DNA from: Bacteroidota bacterium
Lineage (GTDB): Bacteria > Bacteroidota > Ignavibacteria > Kapaibacteriales > UBA961
Direction of reading: 5' to 3'
Length of the DNA stretch: 64,000 bases
Assembly (NCBI GenBank): GCA_009919265.1
Contig: RGCF01000002.1
Location: 11,059-75,058 of the forward strand
Shown: positions 20,997-31,194 of the stretch, one piece after another
How positions within the stretch are numbered: position 1 is the stretch's first letter
Layout of the letters: every line of letters starts with the position of its first letter
Made by a program: the position numbers and the translations under genes
The notes under the pieces: generated by a model
What the model was told of the DNA's origin: nothing
Seen by the model: the letters and a program-made list of their open reading frames with translations, nothing else
Databases searched by the model: none

Positions 20997-21080
20997 TTGA
21001 CAGGAAATTCACTGCACGGCATCAAGCATTTTTAGTAATTTGTCCTTCCCAATAGTCCAATAGAAAAGGATTTACATACA

Positions 21081-24000
21081 ATGTCCTCCAAATTTCAAAC
21101 AATCACTCAAATTCTCCTTGCATGGTGCATGCTCATCGGCATGCAAAGTTTCATGAAGGCTCAACCTATGGTACAAAGCAAAGTCATTGATGGGCTTCGC
21201 GATAAACCATTGCGATATCTCGCATTGACTCAATGTACATTGATTCCGGAACCTGGAAGAATCATTCGAAATGCAACAATCATCATTCGTAATGATCGGA
21301 TTGAAGCTGCCGGCGCTCAAATAGCAATTCCGGTTGGTGCTACAGTTCGTTCACTGAATGGTGCATTTGTATATGCAGGTTTTATTGAATCCTATTCAGC
21401 GGCAGGCGTTCCGGGAGGACAATCAAAGCAAGGCTCTTTTGATGGTGAAGATGAGATTGAAAAACCTGCATCTTTGAACAGAGGCGCTCGCTATTGGAAT
21501 GAAGCAATCAAACCGGAAATGAATATTGCAAATTCTTTGGGTATAGATGAAAAATCTGCTTCGGAACTGTACAAACAAGGATTTTGCATCGCGCATGTGA
21601 ATTCGATGGATGGCATCATGCGAGGAACATCTGCATTGGTTTTTGCAAAACCTGGATCAGCAAATGAAGTTATTCTCAAACCGGATATTTCACAGTGGAT
21701 GTCATTCAGAAAAGGAAGTTCAAGAAATGCATATCCATCGGCATTGATGGGAAGTATTGCCTTGATTAGGCAAGCAATGTTAGATGGCCAATGGTATGCA
21801 GAGGCACAACAAACATTTGCAAAAAACCCCAAAGCTCCGGCACCAGAAACCAATTTCTCACTGGAAGCGATTGGTGGTATTTTTTCTCGAAAAACACCTA
21901 TTGTTTTTGAAACAGGCAATGAACATGCTGTACTACGCGCGGCAAAAATCGCAAAAGAATTTGATCTCAATTTGATATATGAAGGTAGTGGATATGAATA
22001 TCGTAGACTACCACAGATTGCAGCATTGAAATCAACGATGATTATTCCATTGTCTTTCCCTGCTGCTCCAAATGTACAATCACTCAGAAGTGCATCAGGT
22101 GTTTCACTTGCTGAGTTAAAAGCTTGGGATGCTGCTCCATCAAATCCGGCAATGCTCGAAAAAGCAGGAGTACGGTTTGTATTAACCATGAATGGATTGA
22201 AAGATAAATCTGACTTTTTGAAAAATCTTCGCAAAGCAATTCGATATGGGTTGAAAGAAGAAACTGCATTGGCAGCATTGACAACGATACCCGCAGAATT
22301 GTGGGGCGCCGAAGACATGATAGGAAGCATCAAGCCGGGCACATTTGCAAATTTGATTATTGCTGATGACAATATTTTTACCGACGGAACAATCACTTCT
22401 GTCTTTGTAGCCGGCGAAGAGAAAGTACTACAACAAAAACCTGAATATGATATTCGTGGACATTGGAGATTTACCGCTGAATCACTCCCAAAAATGAAAT
22501 TGGATATCGATGGAAAAATGGAAGGTCCTTCAGCATCTTTCATGAAAGACTCTCTTAAAATTTCAGTCAAAATCCAACAATCAGGCAAGCAAGTATATTT
22601 TTCCTTTCAAGGCGATTCACTTGGCGCAGAAGGTTCCATTCGTTGCAATGGATTCATGGACTCATTAAATGCACGCGGAACAGCTGTGCTTCCTACAGGA
22701 AGGGAAATAGCATGGAATGCAATACGTGACAGTGCATTTGTTGATAAACCCAAAAAAGAAAAAGAAATTGTACAGTCTAGTGTTACATTTCCAATTGTAT
22801 TTCCTGATGGCCCATTCGGAATTGATTCAAAGCCCGCTCAGAAATCCGTGATGTTTAGAAATGCAACTGTCTGGACATCTGCAAAAGAAGGGATTTTAAA
22901 AGGTGTGGATGTCTTTGTTTCAGGTGGAAAAATTGTTGCAATTGCTAAAGACTTACAACAAAAAGCAGATACTGTCATTGATGCAACCGGTAAGCATTTG
23001 TCGCCGGGAATTATCGATGAACATTCTCATATCGCTGTTGAATCCGGTGTGAATGAAGGTACACATGCAGTCACAGCAGAAGTTCGAATCGGCGATGTTT
23101 TGCAACCTGATGATATCAATATTTATCGACAACTTGCTGGCGGAGTGACCGCAAGTCATCTTCTTCATGGTTCAGCAAATCCAATTGGTGGTCAATTACA
23201 ATTGATCAAATTACGCTGGGGAGATGATGCTGATGGATTGAAAATGGATTTTCCCGGTACCATCAAGTTTGCACTTGGCGAAAATGTGAAGCAGGCAAAT
23301 TGGGGTGATCGTTTTACAAGCAGATATCCTCAAACAAGAATGGGTGTGGAAGAAATCATGCGAGATGGTTTTAGAGCCGCACTCGAATATGAGAAAGCAT
23401 GGAAAGATGCTGGTGCATCAGGAACATTGCCTCCAAGAAAAGATATACAACTTGAAACACTTCTCGAAATCATTCGAGGCAAAAGACTTATACATTGTCA
23501 CTCCTATGTGCAAAGCGAAATACTCATGCTCATGAGACTCGCCGAAGAATTTGGATTTAAAATCAATACATTCACGCATATTTTGGAAGGGTATAAACTC
23601 GCCAAAGAAATGCAGGTCCATGGTGTTGGTGCTTCAAGTTTTTCAGATTGGTGGGCTTATAAATTTGAAGTGTATGATGCAATCCCTGAAAATCCTTCCA
23701 TCATGCATGAACAGGGTGTAACTGTTGCAATTAATTCTGATGATGCCGAAATGGCTCGAAGACTTAATCAAGAAGCTGGAAAATCAGTGAAGTATGGACC
23801 TGTTTCGGAAGAAGAGGCTATGAAATTTGTCACGATCAACCCTGCGAAACTTCTCAAGGTTGATGATCGAATCGGTTCGATCGAAGTTGGTAAAGACGCA
23901 GATATTGTTCTCTGGTCAGGCAATCCACTTTCAAATTTTTCTAAAGTGGAACAAACATATGTTGATGGTCGAAAATATTTTGACAGAAAAGTTGACGAGC

Positions 24001-24158
24001 AACTCCGCAAACGCGATGCCTCCATCAGAGCAACGCTCGAACAAAAGGCTATGCAAAGCGATGAAAAAAGTGAAGGAGGAAAAAGTCGTTTCTCCGGCAA
24101 TAAACATTTATATGATTGCGAAGATATTGCCGATGAAGTGGCCGGATTTGAAGAATAA
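21081..24158 (+). CDS. Large secreted amidohydrolase-family protein with two amidohydrolase-like modules
   Basis: 1025 aa with a signal peptide. Metal-binding 'IDEHSHIA' motif, and distal 'VAINSDD' and 'GSIEVGKDADIVLW' typical of the amidohydrolase superfamily. Confidence 0.8.
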   Translation: MSSKFQTITQILLAWCMLIGMQSFMKAQPMVQSKVIDGLRDKPLRYLALTQCTLIPEPGRIIRNATIIIRNDRIEAAGAQIAIPVGATVRSLNGAFVYAGFIESYSAAGVPGGQSKQGSFDGEDEIEKPASLNRGARYWNEAIKPEMNIANSLGIDEKSASELYKQGFCIAHVNSMDGIMRGTSALVFAKPGSANEVILKPDISQWMSFRKGSSRNAYPSALMGSIALIRQAMLDGQWYAEAQQTFAKNPKAPAPETNFSLEAIGGIFSRKTPIVFETGNEHAVLRAAKIAKEFDLNLIYEGSGYEYRRLPQIAALKSTMIIPLSFPAAPNVQSLRSASGVSLAELKAWDAAPSNPAMLEKAGVRFVLTMNGLKDKSDFLKNLRKAIRYGLKEETALAALTTIPAELWGAEDMIGSIKPGTFANLIIADDNIFTDGTITSVFVAGEEKVLQQKPEYDIRGHWRFTAESLPKMKLDIDGKMEGPSASFMKDSLKISVKIQQSGKQVYFSFQGDSLGAEGSIRCNGFMDSLNARGTAVLPTGREIAWNAIRDSAFVDKPKKEKEIVQSSVTFPIVFPDGPFGIDSKPAQKSVMFRNATVWTSAKEGILKGVDVFVSGGKIVAIAKDLQQKADTVIDATGKHLSPGIIDEHSHIAVESGVNEGTHAVTAEVRIGDVLQPDDINIYRQLAGGVTASHLLHGSANPIGGQLQLIKLRWGDDADGLKMDFPGTIKFALGENVKQANWGDRFTSRYPQTRMGVEEIMRDGFRAALEYEKAWKDAGASGTLPPRKDIQLETLLEIIRGKRLIHCHSYVQSEILMLMRLAEEFGFKINTFTHILEGYKLAKEMQVHGVGASSFSDWWAYKFEVYDAIPENPSIMHEQGVTVAINSDDAEMARRLNQEAGKSVKYGPVSEEEAMKFVTINPAKLLKVDDRIGSIEVGKDADIVLWSGNPLSNFSKVEQTYVDGRKYFDRKVDEQLRKRDASIRATLEQKAMQSDEKSEGGKSRFSGNKHLYDCEDIADEVAGFEE

Positions 24159-24183
24159 AACATAGAATAAAAGTAGAAGTTTA

Positions 24184-24213
24184 AGAGCCGTCTCAAAAGG
24201 ACGGCTTTTTTAT
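24184..24213 (+). terminator. Rho-independent terminator after the amidohydrolase gene
   Basis: agccgtc (24186-24192) pairs with gacggct (24200-24206), followed by TTTTTT. Confidence 0.75.
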
Positions 24214-24218
24214 GTTGC

Positions 24219-26090
24219 ATGCTTTCAATCGGATACAGTATGCAACCATTCTCTCAGATTCCATCTCTGTGGATTGCACTATTCATCATCCTTGGTGCAT
24301 TTGTAGAGTCATCGCTCAATATTCGAATTGATGCAATATTGCTGTGCTGTGCATCAATCGCATCATTGATTGGATGTTTAGCGCATCATTCATTCAAATC
24401 GGTTTGCGCGTTCTTTATCGGTATGTTTATTGTTTCAGAACTTGAAGCACTATATCCACCAAGCCAACACACATTGCATGTTAGCATGCGGGGTATCATC
24501 AAAGGAAGAGTTGAAGAATCTCGATTCATCAATGATTCCAATCAAATATGTATTGTGAAGGGTTATATAGACACGCAGGAATTACCTCGCATTGAAAATT
24601 GCAGAATTCAAATATTTATACATGGAAAACAAAGTGCTTTGCATCCGGGGATGTTGATTCAATGTCAAAGCATACTTTCAAATCCCTGCCATCCAACATT
24701 ACCTGGTGAGTTTAATGAGTATTCATTTGCAAAGTCAAGACATATCCAGTGGTTTGCAAGAGCAAAATCATTTGCAATCATCGATAGAGGATTGGACTCA
24801 TATCAGCATTTCATTTATGGTATAAGATTGAACATAATTCAAGCGATCAGGGAATTAGTACCAAGAGAATCACAAGAGTTGTCAATTTCTTTATTATTGG
24901 GGGAACGGTCTGGTCTATCTCATGAATTGCGAAATTCATTTGCATTGCTTGGAACGGCACACATTTTGTCTGTCAGCGGATTTCATGCAGGAATCATTGC
25001 TCTTCTCCTTCACATCATACTGGCATGGATTCCATTCCCATTCATAAGAGTATGTATTCTGTGTGGTGCTTTATCTGCTTTTCTTTGCATCATTGAATGG
25101 GACCCACCAGCAATGAGGGCATGCATCATGGTTGCTTTTTCAAGCATTTCATGGGCGAATCAAAGAATGATACATCCTCTCCATGGATTATTACTCACTG
25201 TTTGCATGATGATCTGCATTGACCCAATACTAATGACATCTATAGGATTTCAAATGTCAGCCATGGGGATGCTTGGCTTGATACTGTTCAACAAACATTT
25301 CACTATCATACATGATAGGTTATTTGGGAATACCAGCTCATTGTCTAGATCTATTTCATCTTCGCTCTCCGTTTCGCTTTCTGCTTCATGTACACTATTA
25401 CCGCTTACTGCTTGGTATTTTACTATGATTTCACTTGTTTCTCCAATTGCCAATATTCTACTTCTTCCGATATGTACAATTGCTCTCTGCTGGATCATCG
25501 CAAGTCTTCTAGTGTTTCCATGTAGTATTGTGATTGCAAAACTATTTGGATTAGCCGCGCATCAATCATTAACATTGATGATAGACATACATCAACTGGT
25601 GTCATCTTGGAATTGGATTGCATATACAGACCAGTTTGCAGTCATAATGGCTTTTGCAATTACAGCATGCATCTTTGCTGTGTATCGTACACAAAGAATT
25701 ACCTCTATGAGTATAACAGTACTTGCTTCAGCTATATTCTTAATTGGGATACATGATGTTTTGAATGTGATCAAAGAGCAAACACATCAAGCAGGAATTG
25801 AGATTATTGAGCGAGATGAATTATTGATTCTGATAGTGCATGCGAAAAGGGAAAGCATACTTCTGATGGATAGAGATGTGCATCATCGATTCTTTGCAGA
25901 CAAATCACTGATAGCATTCCTTTCGCAATATGCATCTTTACATGATATGTATGTTTCAGGAGTAATTGCAACACATTGTGCATCAACCCTGAAAAAAGGA
26001 AAGCCATCTATACGAATTATGGGATTGGACAGATCAACAATGAAAAAATGTTATCGAATTGGGAGATTACTTACAATATCAGGGACATAA
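24219..26090 (+). CDS. comEC: ComEC/Rec2-family DNA internalisation channel protein; no recognisable C-terminal metallo-beta-lactamase motif
   Basis: 623 aa, polytopic. 'LLLGERSGLSHELRNSFALLGTAHILSVSGFHAGII' is the competence-domain signature. No HxHxDH in the last 170 aa or so. Confidence 0.85.
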   Translation: MLSIGYSMQPFSQIPSLWIALFIILGAFVESSLNIRIDAILLCCASIASLIGCLAHHSFKSVCAFFIGMFIVSELEALYPPSQHTLHVSMRGIIKGRVEESRFINDSNQICIVKGYIDTQELPRIENCRIQIFIHGKQSALHPGMLIQCQSILSNPCHPTLPGEFNEYSFAKSRHIQWFARAKSFAIIDRGLDSYQHFIYGIRLNIIQAIRELVPRESQELSISLLLGERSGLSHELRNSFALLGTAHILSVSGFHAGIIALLLHIILAWIPFPFIRVCILCGALSAFLCIIEWDPPAMRACIMVAFSSISWANQRMIHPLHGLLLTVCMMICIDPILMTSIGFQMSAMGMLGLILFNKHFTIIHDRLFGNTSSLSRSISSSLSVSLSASCTLLPLTAWYFTMISLVSPIANILLLPICTIALCWIIASLLVFPCSIVIAKLFGLAAHQSLTLMIDIHQLVSSWNWIAYTDQFAVIMAFAITACIFAVYRTQRITSMSITVLASAIFLIGIHDVLNVIKEQTHQAGIEIIERDELLILIVHAKRESILLMDRDVHHRFFADKSLIAFLSQYASLHDMYVSGVIATHCASTLKKGKPSIRIMGLDRSTMKKCYRIGRLLTISGT

Positions 26091-26687
26091 ATCAGGGAAA
26101 AGGATTTCTTCAATCATTTCGCACCAAATATGACCAATCATGATATGAGATTCCTGTATGCGAGCAGTTATATCACTTGGCACAAGTACTGCATCATCAC
26201 ATTCTCCCAAAAGAAAACCTCCCATTCCCCCGAGAAGTCCAATACAAAGAACTCCTTTTGATTTTGCCATATCCATTGCAAGCTTCACATTCAGTGAATT
26301 CCCCGAAGTTGATATACCTATAAGCACATCGCCCGGTTTGCCATAGGCTTCAACACAACGAGCAAATACATGTTCAAATCCGAAATCATTTCCTCCTGCG
26401 GTCATGATGGATGGATCAACGGTCAATGCTATGGCTGGTATTGCAGCACGATTAACGGAGCTCCTCAGACGAATCACTAGTTCCGCGGCAAGATGTTGGC
26501 TATCTGCGGCGCTACCACCATTACCACAAAACATGATTTTTCCCCCGGCTTTCAACTTTTCCGCTAATAGAGAGCCTATTCTTTCAATCTCTTCAGACTG
26601 TTTTGCCAACAGAGCCTGTTTGGTTGCAATTGATTCTTCAATTGTTCGTTTAATTGCCGCTGAAAATGACATGGCTTTCGACCTCAC
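26079..26687 (-). CDS. gmhA: SIS-domain phosphoheptose isomerase (GmhA/DiaA family)
   Basis: 'CGNGGSAADSQHLAAEL', 'GNDFGFEHVF', 'GISTSGNS' and 'ARIQESH'. An alternative start lies at 26672. Confidence 0.8.
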   Translation of the reverse strand: MRSKAMSFSAAIKRTIEESIATKQALLAKQSEEIERIGSLLAEKLKAGGKIMFCGNGGSAADSQHLAAELVIRLRSSVNRAAIPAIALTVDPSIMTAGGNDFGFEHVFARCVEAYGKPGDVLIGISTSGNSLNVKLAMDMAKSKGVLCIGLLGGMGGFLLGECDDAVLVPSDITARIQESHIMIGHIWCEMIEEILFPDLCP

Positions 26688-26895
26688 ATATCTAAAATTC
26701 GGAACCTTCTGTTCTAAAATACAATTTAGTCAATTCCTGACTTGGATAAGGAATTTGCTTTGTTTAACATTGTGGACAAATTGTTGACAATTTTCCGTGC
26801 TTTTGCAAAACGATAATTTGTATATTTTGAACTAAATCCGGCATGTGCCGGCTCCTTCTTGGGGGCAGTATCAGCCAACTCTATTTCTACATCGT

Positions 26896-27162
26896 ATGTT
26901 AGTATCAACTGTCACAGTCAAAAACAGAGCAGGTTTACACACAAGACCCGCAGCTTCACTTGTAAAACTTGCGGCAAAATACAAATCCGAGATCTTCCTC
27001 AATAGGGATGGTTTTTCGATTAATGCCAAAAGTATTATCGGCGTCATGACATTGGCAGCCGAACTTGGCTGTAAACTTGAAGTCACGGTTGATGGCCCAG
27101 ACGAGCAACAAGCAATGGAAGACATCACGCTCTTTTTCAGTTCCGGATTCGGCGAACTGTAA
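26896..27162 (+). CDS. ptsH: Phosphocarrier protein HPr
   Basis: With the ATG at 26896, the catalytic His falls at position 15 ('GLHTRPA') and the regulatory Ser at position 46 ('KSIIGVM'). Confidence 0.85.
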   Translation: MLVSTVTVKNRAGLHTRPAASLVKLAAKYKSEIFLNRDGFSINAKSIIGVMTLAAELGCKLEVTVDGPDEQQAMEDITLFFSSGFGEL

Positions 27163-27196
27163 GGAATTTTCATCATCTCATTTCACTTTCATTCTC

Positions 27197-28306
27197 ATGA
27201 AATTTTCCATCTCACTCGGTGATTTTCAAAAAGCCATGCAGCGCGTGTTGCCTGCCATTCCTCCTCGATCTACCTTACCTGTTTTGGAGCATGTGTTTTG
27301 TACAGCCACAGCAACAGGTTTGGAACTGATTGCTTCGGATCAAGAAATGACAATTTCCACGAGCACAGCTTGCATGGTTGAAGGTCAAGGCACAGTGTTG
27401 ATTCCTGCAAGAAAGCTTAATGATCTTCTTCGTTCCTTGGGACAAGAAGGTTCTGTATTGGTTGAAGTCAGCACAAATCTTGATATCAAGTTTTCAACCA
27501 GGGGCGGTACATTCACAATGAAAGGAATGGATAGTGCAGATTATCCGCAACAACCTGTATTTCCCGATGGAGAAAATGCAAGATTATCATCGGCTGATGC
27601 GATGAAGATTGCAAATAGAACCATGTTTGCAGTTTCAGATGACGAATATCGTCCTGCCATGACAGGTGTATTATTTCAGTTTCGCGGGAATCATGTTGTT
27701 GGGGTATCAACTGATAGTTATCGCTTGGCAAGAGTAATTATTAGAGGCGGTGGCTTCCCAGATGATTTGGATGTTATCATTCCTTCTCGAGCAATGGAAG
27801 TATTGCGAAAAGTTGATTCAGATGTCGAAATGTCTGTTACCAGAACTCATGCTCGTTTTGCAATGCATGATACAACTGTGATAACGCGCATTATTGATGA
27901 GCGCTTTCCGCCCTATGAGAATGTCATTCCGGTTGACAATGACAAAATTGCTGTAGTGAATCAACGAGATTTGGTTGGTGTAATTAAGCGTGTTGCTTTG
28001 TTCACGAGTAGCACCAGTAGACAAATTAAGATTACACTCATGCCAGATAGAATTCATGTGCATGGCGAAGATGATGAATCAGGCAGCAATGCTGATGAAT
28101 CAACCGTATGTGAATTCACCGGCGCAGAATCATTTGAAATTGGATTCAATCACAGATACTTGGAAGAGGCGCTTCAGCAATTGTCTGGCGATGATTCTGG
28201 AATGGTCAGACTCTCTTTCTCATCTCCGAATAGAGCAGTATTGATTGAACCAACTGGAGAGGCAACGGATATTTTGATCCTTGTGATGCCGGTACGATTA
28301 AGCTAA
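27197..28306 (+). CDS. dnaN: DNA polymerase III subunit beta (sliding clamp)
   Basis: 369 aa from the ATG at 27197 ('MKFSISLGDFQKAM...'). Three-domain length fits, and the C-terminus 'LVMPVRL' is typical. Confidence 0.93.
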   Translation: MKFSISLGDFQKAMQRVLPAIPPRSTLPVLEHVFCTATATGLELIASDQEMTISTSTACMVEGQGTVLIPARKLNDLLRSLGQEGSVLVEVSTNLDIKFSTRGGTFTMKGMDSADYPQQPVFPDGENARLSSADAMKIANRTMFAVSDDEYRPAMTGVLFQFRGNHVVGVSTDSYRLARVIIRGGGFPDDLDVIIPSRAMEVLRKVDSDVEMSVTRTHARFAMHDTTVITRIIDERFPPYENVIPVDNDKIAVVNQRDLVGVIKRVALFTSSTSRQIKITLMPDRIHVHGEDDESGSNADESTVCEFTGAESFEIGFNHRYLEEALQQLSGDDSGMVRLSFSSPNRAVLIEPTGEATDILILVMPVRLS

Positions 28307-28338
28307 AAAAAAAAGCCCGCTCAAGCGGGCTTTTTTTA
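28305..28338. terminator. Bidirectional rho-independent terminator
   Basis: A10 run, then agcccgc (28314-28320) pairing with gcgggct (28325-28331), then T7. Confidence 0.8.
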
Positions 28339-28635
28339 TGTGTCTGATGGAAAATCCATTTCTATTGTTTGCCCTTTACCCTCTTTGCCTTTTTCCTTTT
28401 CTATAACGGCCTTCACAGCCGGCTTTAACTCTTTATCTTCCAAATCATGTTTTGCGAGAATTCTTGCCAAAAGGACAATGCGCGATTCTAGAGGAATGAG
28501 AGAATTCAATACAATGAATTTATCATCATTCACGCGGCAATCGCCACCTCTAAAATTTCCTTTTTCCCTGCGAACAGAATAATTCAGATCATGCGCAAGA
28601 GTGAGCATGTCATCCAATATACTTTGTAGTTTCAC
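28336..28635 (-). CDS. Hypothetical protein (99 aa), Lys/Glu-rich C-terminus
   Basis: ORF only; I recognise no motif. Confidence 0.4.
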   Translation of the reverse strand: MKLQSILDDMLTLAHDLNYSVRREKGNFRGGDCRVNDDKFIVLNSLIPLESRIVLLARILAKHDLEDKELKPAVKAVIEKEKGKEGKGQTIEMDFPSDT

Positions 28636-28663
28636 GATAATTCAATGATAGTTCTTCAGAATA

Positions 28664-29197
28664 TTACACTTTCTCATCCATATTCAGCGGCTGCCACGCC
28701 AAAAAGAGTAAAGCGGTTATATAGGAGAGCAATGAGAGAAAACTAACTGCGGTCATCCAAGGATGAAATCGTTGTTTGAACAAGTGCAGCAATCCATCAT
28801 CTTTTAACAAATTTACAAAATCAATGCTATTGGAACGAATGATCAATTGAAGATCAAGCCAAGCAAGGTAAAGCTCATAGGGTGAAAATATGAAAAACAG
28901 AAAGATAGCCATGAATAACCACCCTCTCTGCTTTATCTTCCATTTAGAAGTTATGAGGAGAGTCAAAGCGCTCAGTAAACTCAAGATATACCCGGCAATG
29001 GTATAGTAAGCCGTGACACCCATCAATCGGATAGAATAGTTAATTTGTTCTTGAGTCAAAAATGGCTTTATATCCAAAGTCCCAGGCAAGAATACATCAA
29101 AACCGATAGCGGTGCGCACTAAACCTCCTCCAAACCAGAGTGTGGTAGAGAATAAAAGAGTGGCCAGTAAAGACTTTTGAATTGTTGTTATCTTCAT
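28664..29197 (-). CDS. Hypothetical integral membrane protein (about 4 TM)
   Basis: 177 aa with four hydrophobic segments. Lies upstream of the 99-aa ORF on the same strand. Confidence 0.5.
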   Translation of the reverse strand: MKITTIQKSLLATLLFSTTLWFGGGLVRTAIGFDVFLPGTLDIKPFLTQEQINYSIRLMGVTAYYTIAGYILSLLSALTLLITSKWKIKQRGWLFMAIFLFFIFSPYELYLAWLDLQLIIRSNSIDFVNLLKDDGLLHLFKQRFHPWMTAVSFLSLLSYITALLFLAWQPLNMDEKV

Positions 29198-29382
29198 AAA
29201 GCAAAAATATAGCTTTCGAAGACTGAAAGAATTGGCTTTTTATCCACATTTTCCTAAAAGGAATGCTTCAAAAAAACGCCATAAATATTTTTGCTAATTT
29301 TCCGTCTAAATAGTTGATTTATAGTTATTTATGTAATTTTTTGAGCAAATATATCCGCTTATTGAATTCCGAGTCAAAACCG

Positions 29383-31194
29383 ATGCAAGTTGTTGATTTT
29401 CTTGGCCATGTGCCTAAAATTCCTTTATTTGCCACTTCTCAAAAAAGGCGTATTGTTTCTTTTTTGAAAAATGGCTTCTATCAATGGGCCAAATGTTCTT
29501 TGACAATTGGAATACAGTATTGCATCATTGTTTTGTGTGCATTTCTGCTTTCATGCAGAGATGACAAACAATCAAAAGATGCGACATTCACCTATAATGA
29601 ACCACAGGGTTTGACAACTTTGGACCCCGCAATGGCCGGAATATCCGGACGCATTCATATTGGAGGACACCTCTTCGAATGTTTGGTGAAATTGGACTCA
29701 AATGGCGAAATAATCCCTGGATTAGCCAAGTCTTGGAATGTTGATAAATCTGGTCTTAACTGGACTTTTACACTCCGAACTGATGTTCTCTTTCACAAAG
29801 ACTCATGTTTTGCAGCTCCTGCTTTCACGAGATCATTCAAAGCATCGGATGTGAAATTTAGTTTTGAGCGCATTTGTGATTCACGCACCAAGACCACGGG
29901 TTTTTGGATCTTTCGAGAGCGCCTCAAGGGTGCCGATGAATTTCACGAAAACACCAAACTTGGAAAAGTTGAGAAACACATTGAAGGGATAGAAGTTGTA
30001 AATGACAGTATGGTGAGATTGGTCTTGACAAAGCCCTTTGCTCCCCTGCTATCTCTGCTTACCATGCCATATTGCAGGATTGTCCCGAAAGAGGCAATAA
30101 CAATGTATGGAGAAGCATTTGGGTATCATCCGGTTGGAACCGGTCCTTTCATGCTACATCGTTGGGAGCAGGACAGATACATTGAGCTCAAGAGAAATCC
30201 CAAGTATCATGAGTTTGATGAAAAAGGCAAGCGATTGCCGTATCTGGACACTGTCATTGTTCAATTCATAAAGGACACCAAGACAGAATTTTTGGAATAT
30301 GACAATGGGAATCTTGATATGATTCTCTCCATAGATCCAATATTTCTTCCAAAGGTACTTGAGAATGACAAACTCACAGAAGCATATGCGAATCATACAT
30401 TGCTTCGAGAAGAATCACAGGATATTGTGTTTTGCGGAATCATGTTAGATGGTCAGGCAAATGTCGAAACATCTCGCATGCCGCTTTGGAAATCGGCAAA
30501 AATCAGACAAGCTTTGAATTATGCCATTGACCGCAAGGCACTTTGTACATATGTATTGAAGGGCAAAGGAATTCCTGCAGAGCATGGACCACTTTCACCT
30601 TCAATGCCAGGTTTTTCTCAAGAAGTAAAAGGATTTACATATAACCCTGCTAAAGCCAAAGCATTATTGCAAGAAGCAGGTTATCCGGGAGGAATTAACT
30701 TACCTGAGATAACACTACAATCCGGTAATAATGCTACAACAGTGCAAGTAGTTGAAGCATTGCAACAGCAATGGCTCAAATTCGGCATCAAAACAGTGTT
30801 GAGGCAGGTCAATTTTCCTGAGCATTCAGCAATGATGCATGCAGGCAAACTTGGATTCTGGCGTGGGAATTGGATTGCGGATTATCCCGATCCGGAGAAT
30901 GTACTCGCACTCTTTTATTCGAAAATGGCCTCGCCCAAAGGCCTGAATGACACAAGATTTTCACATCGAAGTGTTGATTCATTATATGAATTGGCTCTTA
31001 AGCCGGGACTTCAATCCCAACAGCGATTCAAAGCATATAATGAAATGGAGCGGATAATTATTCAAGAAGCTCCTTGGGTATTTTTGTATTACACAATTAA
31101 CTATCGATTAGCACAAAGTCCCGTTATCGGTCTCCGCCCGGGAATATTCGGAATGATACCACTCGAAAGAGTACATTTCGAATACGCTAATTAA
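29383..31194 (+). CDS. ABC-transporter family-5 (peptide/nickel, OppA/DppA-like) substrate-binding lipoprotein; no adjacent permease or ATPase genes
   Basis: Lipobox 'FLLSC'. SBP_bac_5-like core ('LDPA...', 'GTGPFML', 'NWIADYPDPENVL'). The ORF-track start is a TTG at 29314, and the first ATG is at 29383. Confidence 0.8.
   Translation: MQVVDFLGHVPKIPLFATSQKRRIVSFLKNGFYQWAKCSLTIGIQYCIIVLCAFLLSCRDDKQSKDATFTYNEPQGLTTLDPAMAGISGRIHIGGHLFECLVKLDSNGEIIPGLAKSWNVDKSGLNWTFTLRTDVLFHKDSCFAAPAFTRSFKASDVKFSFERICDSRTKTTGFWIFRERLKGADEFHENTKLGKVEKHIEGIEVVNDSMVRLVLTKPFAPLLSLLTMPYCRIVPKEAITMYGEAFGYHPVGTGPFMLHRWEQDRYIELKRNPKYHEFDEKGKRLPYLDTVIVQFIKDTKTEFLEYDNGNLDMILSIDPIFLPKVLENDKLTEAYANHTLLREESQDIVFCGIMLDGQANVETSRMPLWKSAKIRQALNYAIDRKALCTYVLKGKGIPAEHGPLSPSMPGFSQEVKGFTYNPAKAKALLQEAGYPGGINLPEITLQSGNNATTVQVVEALQQQWLKFGIKTVLRQVNFPEHSAMMHAGKLGFWRGNWIADYPDPENVLALFYSKMASPKGLNDTRFSHRSVDSLYELALKPGLQSQQRFKAYNEMERIIIQEAPWVFLYYTINYRLAQSPVIGLRPGIFGMIPLERVHFEYAN

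Noticed and set aside
21491-22588. 365-aa ORF antisense to the amidohydrolase gene; also 23768-24220 antisense to the same gene's 3' end
   Set aside because: Both are Ser/Ala/Phe/Ile-rich with no motifs and lie fully inside a strongly supported sense gene. They are typical shadow ORFs of a low-GC genome.
29240-29248. Perfect DnaA box TTATCCACA between the 177-aa membrane-protein gene and the SBP gene
   Set aside because: It is a single 9-mer. About 0.5 occurrences are expected by chance on both strands of 64 kb. There are no neighbouring boxes and no AT-rich unwinding element.
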